Assembly (NCBI GenBank): GCA_002414865.1
Contig: DIAQ01000033.1
Coordinates: 26,958 to 90,957 of the forward strand
Length of the DNA: 64,000 bases
Source: a candidate division Hyd24-12 bacterium UBA5074
GTDB taxonomy: Bacteria > Fermentibacterota > Fermentibacteria > Fermentibacterales > Fermentibacteraceae
Reading direction: 5' to 3'
A model generated the notes under the pieces. That model had not been told where the DNA came from, searched no databases, and saw only the letters and a program-made list of their open reading frames with translations. The translations under genes and the position numbers were made by a program. Below are positions 59,248 to 64,000 of this stretch, piece by piece. Each line of letters begins with the position of its first letter. Position 1 is the stretch's first letter.

Positions 59248-59939
59248 GGCGCAGAGCGGCGGCATTCCTGGTTTGGGCCTCGGTCGTGCTCGCCGCGGCG
59301 CTCGCCGCCCTCGGCTACAGGTGGCTCGAGCGCAGGGGCGAGTTCGAGCTGAGGAGGGTCCTCGTCTATGGCTGCAGGCCCGCCGATTCGGCCGAGGTGG
59401 CCTCGGCCGTGGAGGGCTGTTTCGGGAGATCCCTCGGGAAGATCGACCCGGAGCAGGTGGCGGAAGCCCTGGAGGGACTCCGCGGGTTCGAGTCCGCGGC
59501 GGTCTGGCGGAGCTGGCCCGATGCGATATGCGCCGAAATCTCCATCGCGAGGCCTGTGCTGGTCCTCCGCTCCGGGAGCTGGGCGTCACCGGTCTCGGAC
59601 CGGGGCGAGAACCTGCCGGCCTCCTTCCTCTCGGACACGCTCCCGGTGTTCGACCTCCAGGGCATGCCGGACCCCTCGGTCCTGAGGAGCGCAGTGGCCT
59701 GGGCGGCGCGCGGCGGGGTGCCCGAGGACGCTGCGGCACTGACGATACAGGGAGACTGCATCTCGGCGTTCATGGAGGGGCACGTGCTGCTCCTGGGAGC
59801 GGGCGACTACGAGGAGAGGCTGGCGGTCTACAGGAGAGTGTACGGGGCCGGGCTGATCGGGACTGGCTGGGATGTCATCGATCTCAGGTACGAAGGCCAG
59901 ACGGTCCTCAGAAGAAGTGATCAGGGGGTGTCCTCTTGA
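59244..59939 (+). CDS. ftsQ: Cell division protein FtsQ/DivIB (POTRA)
   Basis: GTG overlaps the murC stop. TM helix followed by a POTRA-like domain. murB and ddl are absent between murC and ftsQ. Confidence 0.7.
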   Translation: MRRRAAAFLVWASVVLAAALAALGYRWLERRGEFELRRVLVYGCRPADSAEVASAVEGCFGRSLGKIDPEQVAEALEGLRGFESAAVWRSWPDAICAEISIARPVLVLRSGSWASPVSDRGENLPASFLSDTLPVFDLQGMPDPSVLRSAVAWAARGGVPEDAAALTIQGDCISAFMEGHVLLLGAGDYEERLAVYRRVYGAGLIGTGWDVIDLRYEGQTVLRRSDQGVSS

Positions 59940-61177
59940 GCGACAGCCTGCTGGCTGGACTGGATGTGGGGACCAGCAAGGTCTGCTGCGTCACCGCGGA
60001 GCTGGACGAGTCGGGCGGCCTGACGATCACCGGAGCAGGTCAGGCCCCGGTCGAAGGCTGCCTGCGGGAGGGTGTCCTGCTGGATGTCCCGGGAGTTGCC
60101 GAAGCCATCGAGAAGGCGGTCTCCGAGGCCGAGCAGATAAGCTCCTCGGGAATCGAGAGGGTTTTTGCCGGAGTCAGCGGCGCGCATGTCAGGGGCTTCA
60201 GCGGGACCGGGACCGTGAGCGTAGGTCGCCAGGACGAGGTCGAATCCCGCGGCATAACGATGGAGGACGTAAGGAGAGCCGAAGAGGCGGCGAAGGCGGT
60301 CGGACTGCCTCCCGGCTGCCGGGTGCTGGGCGTGATCAGGCGGGATTACGGGGTGGACGGCTTCGACCGCGTGAGGAAGCCCCCGATAGGCCTCAGGGCT
60401 GAGCAGCTCAGCGCCAGCGTCTATACCGTCATCGCGGATCGCACCGCGGTCAGCAACCTGGAAGCGGCCATAAGATCGGCAGGCCTCGAGGTGGCTTCCG
60501 TCCTCCCATCAGCCCTCGCCACGGGAGCGGCCGTCCTGACCAGGGACGAGATGGAGATGGGAGTCGCCGTCGCGGACATCGGGGCCGGGACGACCGATGT
60601 CGCCGTCTACAAGTCCGGCTTCCCGGCGCATGTGGGTGTCGTCCCGCTGGGAGGGAACTACATCACCTCCGACCTCCAGGCGCTCCGGATTCCGCTCGAA
60701 CAGGCTGAGAAGATCAAGACCGGCTGGGCTGTCGCGTCTCCCGGCCTCGTCGATCCCAACATGAGCAGGAAGGTGCCGATGCTCGGCAACCGGGGAGTCT
60801 TCACCGTCTCGCACTCGGTGGTCTCCCAGGTGGTGGGTCAGAGGGTCGAGGAGATCTTCGAGGGCGTACTCGGAGAGCTTCTCAAGACCGGGATCGAGCT
60901 TTCGGACCTGCCGGCCGGGCTGGTGCTGTCCGGAGGATCGAGCCGCCTGGCGGGGATCTCGGATGTTGCAGGCCGCGTGACCGGGCTTCCTGTAGAGCAC
61001 GGCGTGCCGTCCGGCTTCGAGACTGCGACGGAAATGGTTCTTGCGCCAGAGTATGCGACTTGTGTGGGGCTCCTCGCGCTCGCGCTGGAAGGGGCTTCCG
61101 ATTCGAGGAGAAGCAGAGGTAAGGGCCTTTCGAGGCTGTTCTCGTGGCTTTCCGGCGCGGCCGGGAGGCTCCGCTAG
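59936..61177 (+). CDS. ftsA: Cell division protein FtsA
   Basis: LDVGTSKVCCV actin-fold start. TTG overlaps the ftsQ stop. Confidence 0.88.
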   Translation: MSDSLLAGLDVGTSKVCCVTAELDESGGLTITGAGQAPVEGCLREGVLLDVPGVAEAIEKAVSEAEQISSSGIERVFAGVSGAHVRGFSGTGTVSVGRQDEVESRGITMEDVRRAEEAAKAVGLPPGCRVLGVIRRDYGVDGFDRVRKPPIGLRAEQLSASVYTVIADRTAVSNLEAAIRSAGLEVASVLPSALATGAAVLTRDEMEMGVAVADIGAGTTDVAVYKSGFPAHVGVVPLGGNYITSDLQALRIPLEQAEKIKTGWAVASPGLVDPNMSRKVPMLGNRGVFTVSHSVVSQVVGQRVEEIFEGVLGELLKTGIELSDLPAGLVLSGGSSRLAGISDVAGRVTGLPVEHGVPSGFETATEMVLAPEYATCVGLLALALEGASDSRRSRGKGLSRLFSWLSGAAGRLR

Positions 61178-61189
61178 AGAGGGGGGACC

Positions 61190-62338
61190 ATGGTTGTGAC
61201 TTCGTTGACCGAGATAGGCGAGGAGAATACCGGGCGGGTCCGGCTGAAGGTGGTGGGCGTCGGCGGCTGTGGATGCAACGCCATCAACAGGATGATCCGC
61301 CAGAGGATCGGCGGCGTCGAGTTCGTCGCGATCAACACCGACGCGCAGGCGCTGAACGACTGCCTGTCCGAGAACCGGCTGCAGATCGGGCAGCGCGAAA
61401 CCCGCGGACAGGGCGCCGGAGGCAACTGCGAGGCGGGTCAGAGGGCGGCGGAGGAGAGCCTCAAGGAGATAGAGTCGACGATCGAGGGCAGCCATATGGT
61501 GTTCCTCGCCGCCGGCATGGGCGGCGGAACGGGCACCGGGGCGGCTCCGGTCATCGCGCGGGTGGCCCGCGAGGCCGGCGCCATAACGGTAGGCGTCGTG
61601 ACGAGTCCGTTCGAATACGAGGGGGATGTCAGGAGCCGTCAGGCCGAGAGCGGGATAGAGGAGCTCCGCAAGGAGGTCGACACGCTGATAGTGATACCCA
61701 ACGACCGCCTCAGGACCCTTGCCGATCCCGACTCGACCCTGACCGACGTCCTGGACATGGCCAACGACGTCCTTCTGAACGCGGTGGACGGCATCTGCAG
61801 GCTCATCTCGACGCCGGGACAGATAAACCGCGACTTCCAGGACGTGAAGACGGTCATAACCAAGGGCGGCGGCGCGATGATAGGGACCGGGCGCGCTTCG
61901 GGCCCGAGCAGGGCTTCCGAGGCGGCGAAGTGGGCGGTTTCGGGTCCCCTTCTCGACGGCGTGTCGATAGAGGGAGCCCAGGCCCTGCTCATCCATGTGC
62001 AGGCCTCGGCCGAGCTGAAGTTCAACGAGTTCGACGAGGCTGTCCGGACGATAACGAATGCCGCCGGCAGCCAGGCCCACGTGTTCCTCGGATCCACACA
62101 CTGCCCTGACCTCGGCGACGAGATGAGGGTGACGGTCATCGCGACCGGGTTCGGCCAGGCGGTGGAGCGCGAACCGGAGGATGTAACCTACCGGACCTAC
62201 AGCCAGTTCAACGCCGAGACGAAACCCGCCGTGAAGGACCGGGAGAGCATTCCGATGAACACAGGAGGCTCCGGTCCGCAGTTGGACAGGCGGGCCGATG
62301 CCCGCCTCCCGAGCTTCCTCAAGAAGGAGATCAACTGA
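61190..62338 (+). CDS. ftsZ: Cell division protein FtsZ
   Basis: GVGGCGCNAINRM and GGGTGTG tubulin signature. Confidence 0.93.
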   Translation: MVVTSLTEIGEENTGRVRLKVVGVGGCGCNAINRMIRQRIGGVEFVAINTDAQALNDCLSENRLQIGQRETRGQGAGGNCEAGQRAAEESLKEIESTIEGSHMVFLAAGMGGGTGTGAAPVIARVAREAGAITVGVVTSPFEYEGDVRSRQAESGIEELRKEVDTLIVIPNDRLRTLADPDSTLTDVLDMANDVLLNAVDGICRLISTPGQINRDFQDVKTVITKGGGAMIGTGRASGPSRASEAAKWAVSGPLLDGVSIEGAQALLIHVQASAELKFNEFDEAVRTITNAAGSQAHVFLGSTHCPDLGDEMRVTVIATGFGQAVEREPEDVTYRTYSQFNAETKPAVKDRESIPMNTGGSGPQLDRRADARLPSFLKKEIN

Positions 62339-62430
62339 GGCGCTGACGGAGTCTGCGGCTTCGTGCTGGTCCGCGGACGGGGACGGGGTTATATTTACGC
62401 ACTAATTACAGTCCGGGAGGGATCCTGGGA

Positions 62431-64000
62431 GTGAGCAGAGCCCCTGCGGCCGATCGTTACGAGCAGCGGAGGAAGAAGCTGCTCGAGTCAGAGGTGCAGT
62501 TGAGGCCGAGGAACTCCCGCGGCGTCTTCGAGACCGTGCTCGCCTATCCGAACTGCTACCAGGTCGGCATGTCATCCCTGGGGTTCCAGCAGGTCCTGCT
62601 GCAGCTCGGCAACTGGCCGGAAACCATCTGCGAGAGGGCCTTCCTCCCCGAACCGGACGAGCTGAACTGGCGCAAGCGCACGGGCAAGCCGATGGTGACT
62701 CTCGAGAGCGGGCGCTCGATCCGGAGCTGCGACCTCCTGGGATTCAGCATCGCGTACGAGCCCGACTATGTGAATGCCCTCGAGATGATGCGCCTGTCGG
62801 GGATCGCCCCCCTGAGCTCCGACAGGGACGACAAATGGCCGATCGTGCTTGCTGGAGGCCTCTGCGTCACTGCCAACCCGATGCCTCTGTCCCGCTTCTT
62901 CGACGCGATGGTGATCGGCGAGTCCGAGCCCACACTGGGCCCCCTGCTCGACACGATAAAGAGCATGGGCTCGCAGGGAGCGGGCAAGAAGAGGATCCTG
63001 AGGCTCCTGGCCGATCTGCCCGGCGTCTATGTACCTCAACTCCACGGCTTCTCGACTCCGAAGGCCACCATCATGCGCCAGTGGGCGAGCGCCGAGGCCA
63101 TAGGGGCTTCCTCCTGCATCCAGGCCAGCTCCAGTGCGCTCGGCGACATGATCATGGTCGAGATCTCGAGAGGTTGTCCGTACAGCTGCAGGTTCTGCCT
63201 GGCGGGATACGCATACCTGCCCTATCGCGAAGGACGCCTCGAGGACTTCTCGGAGACCCTGGCAGGCCTGCCGCGCGGCTCGAGGCTCGGCTTCGTGGCC
63301 TGCTCGCCCGACTCCCATCCTCTCTTCCCCGAGATGGTGGAGCTGGCCCGGTCCGGCGGACACGATGTCAGCATCGGGTCGCAGCGCGCCGAGGACCCTC
63401 TCCAGCTCAAGAAGGACGGCTTCGAGGAAACCACTCTCACGATCGCCCCCGAAGCCGGCTCGGACGGCCTGCGCAGGGTGATCGGCAAGAGCCTCCGCAA
63501 CGAAGCGATCCTGAGGACCGTCGAGGCGGCCACCGGGAAGGTCTCGAGGATACGGCTCTACTTCATCTACGGTTTCCCGTTCGAGACCGACGAGGACCGC
63601 GAGTCGATAGTCCAGCTCGTCAGGCAGATACGGGAGAAGACGGATCTCCCCCTGTCCCTCAGCCTCAATCCGTTCGTCCCGAAACCGTGGACCGCCTTCC
63701 AGTGGACCGCGATGGCCGACCTGAAGGACCTTCGTCGCTGGCGGGACGATCTGTCGCGCGATTTCCGGAGGATACCGGGCGTCGAGTTCCGCTTCCTCGG
63801 AGTGCATGAGGCTCACATACAGGCGCTGCTGGCCAGGGGCGACTCCAGGTCGGCCGAAGCCCTAATCTACAGGCTCGACGGGGACAGCTGGAGCACGGCA
63901 TTCGCCCGGGCGGGGATCGCGTTCGACTGGGTGTTCTCGCCTCTGAGGCCGGCCCAGCCCTTCGAGTGGGACTTCATCAACATGGGTTTCGGCCACACCA
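62431..64000 (+). CDS. TIGR03960-like B12-binding-domain radical SAM protein (paralog of 10320..12728), 3'-truncated by window edge
   Basis: GTG start 9 nt after GGGAGGG. A stop at 62344 bounds the frame upstream. VFETVLAYPNCYQVGMSSLGFQQV resembles the first paralog's N-terminus. CxxxCxxC is EISRGCPYSCRFC. Not in the ORF track because no stop falls inside the window. Confidence 0.7.
   Translation, partial: MSRAPAADRYEQRRKKLLESEVQLRPRNSRGVFETVLAYPNCYQVGMSSLGFQQVLLQLGNWPETICERAFLPEPDELNWRKRTGKPMVTLESGRSIRSCDLLGFSIAYEPDYVNALEMMRLSGIAPLSSDRDDKWPIVLAGGLCVTANPMPLSRFFDAMVIGESEPTLGPLLDTIKSMGSQGAGKKRILRLLADLPGVYVPQLHGFSTPKATIMRQWASAEAIGASSCIQASSSALGDMIMVEISRGCPYSCRFCLAGYAYLPYREGRLEDFSETLAGLPRGSRLGFVACSPDSHPLFPEMVELARSGGHDVSIGSQRAEDPLQLKKDGFEETTLTIAPEAGSDGLRRVIGKSLRNEAILRTVEAATGKVSRIRLYFIYGFPFETDEDRESIVQLVRQIREKTDLPLSLSLNPFVPKPWTAFQWTAMADLKDLRRWRDDLSRDFRRIPGVEFRFLGVHEAHIQALLARGDSRSAEALIYRLDGDSWSTAFARAGIAFDWVFSPLRPAQPFEWDFINMGFGHT

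Overview
This is a high-GC (about 65-70%) bacterial chromosomal window. It is almost entirely coding, and most genes are on the + strand. The bulk is conserved housekeeping: uvrB (3' part), an ispH fusion, purB, purL-purQ-purS, a radical-SAM/DUF2344 fusion with RNase G, rplU, folD, aroQ, efp, a PBP4-type carboxypeptidase, rlmI, nrdR, rnfCDGEAB, selA-selB, ugd with a Wza-like and a Wzc (BY-kinase) gene, and a complete dcw cluster from mraZ to ftsZ.

One segment stands out at about 27.4-33.7 kb. A minus-strand operon reads arsR, COG0701/ArsP-like permease, small thioredoxin, TlpA-like thioredoxin, CcdA, ACR3. It faces, across an AT-rich intergenic region, two tandem paralogous + strand genes (31896-32537 and 32534-33172). 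Each of those encodes a signal-peptide protein with an in-frame TGA placed as C-x-x-TGA. Protein similarity between the two paralogs continues in frame across the TGA, and a conserved 8-bp hairpin begins exactly 11 nt after each TGA. I read these as two unannotated secreted C-x-x-U selenoproteins. They may be serviced by the adjacent TlpA/CcdA periplasmic reducing pathway. Selenocysteine synthase (selA) and the Sec-specific elongation factor (selB) lie 7 kb downstream in the same window.

The locus is bounded by a tRNA cluster: Arg-TCT on +, Lys-CTT and His-GTG on -. Two convergent hairpins share the same GGAAGGCC stem, one following each transcription unit.

Other unusual points: IspH is fused to a UbiA-like polytopic membrane domain. 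PurS is a tandem duplication and the gene order is purL-purQ-purS. A second TIGR03960-like radical-SAM paralog runs off the 3' end of the window.

Many long minus-strand ORFs in the track are antisense to well-supported genes and are treated as GC-rich artefacts. No CRISPR array, integrase or transposase is evident.
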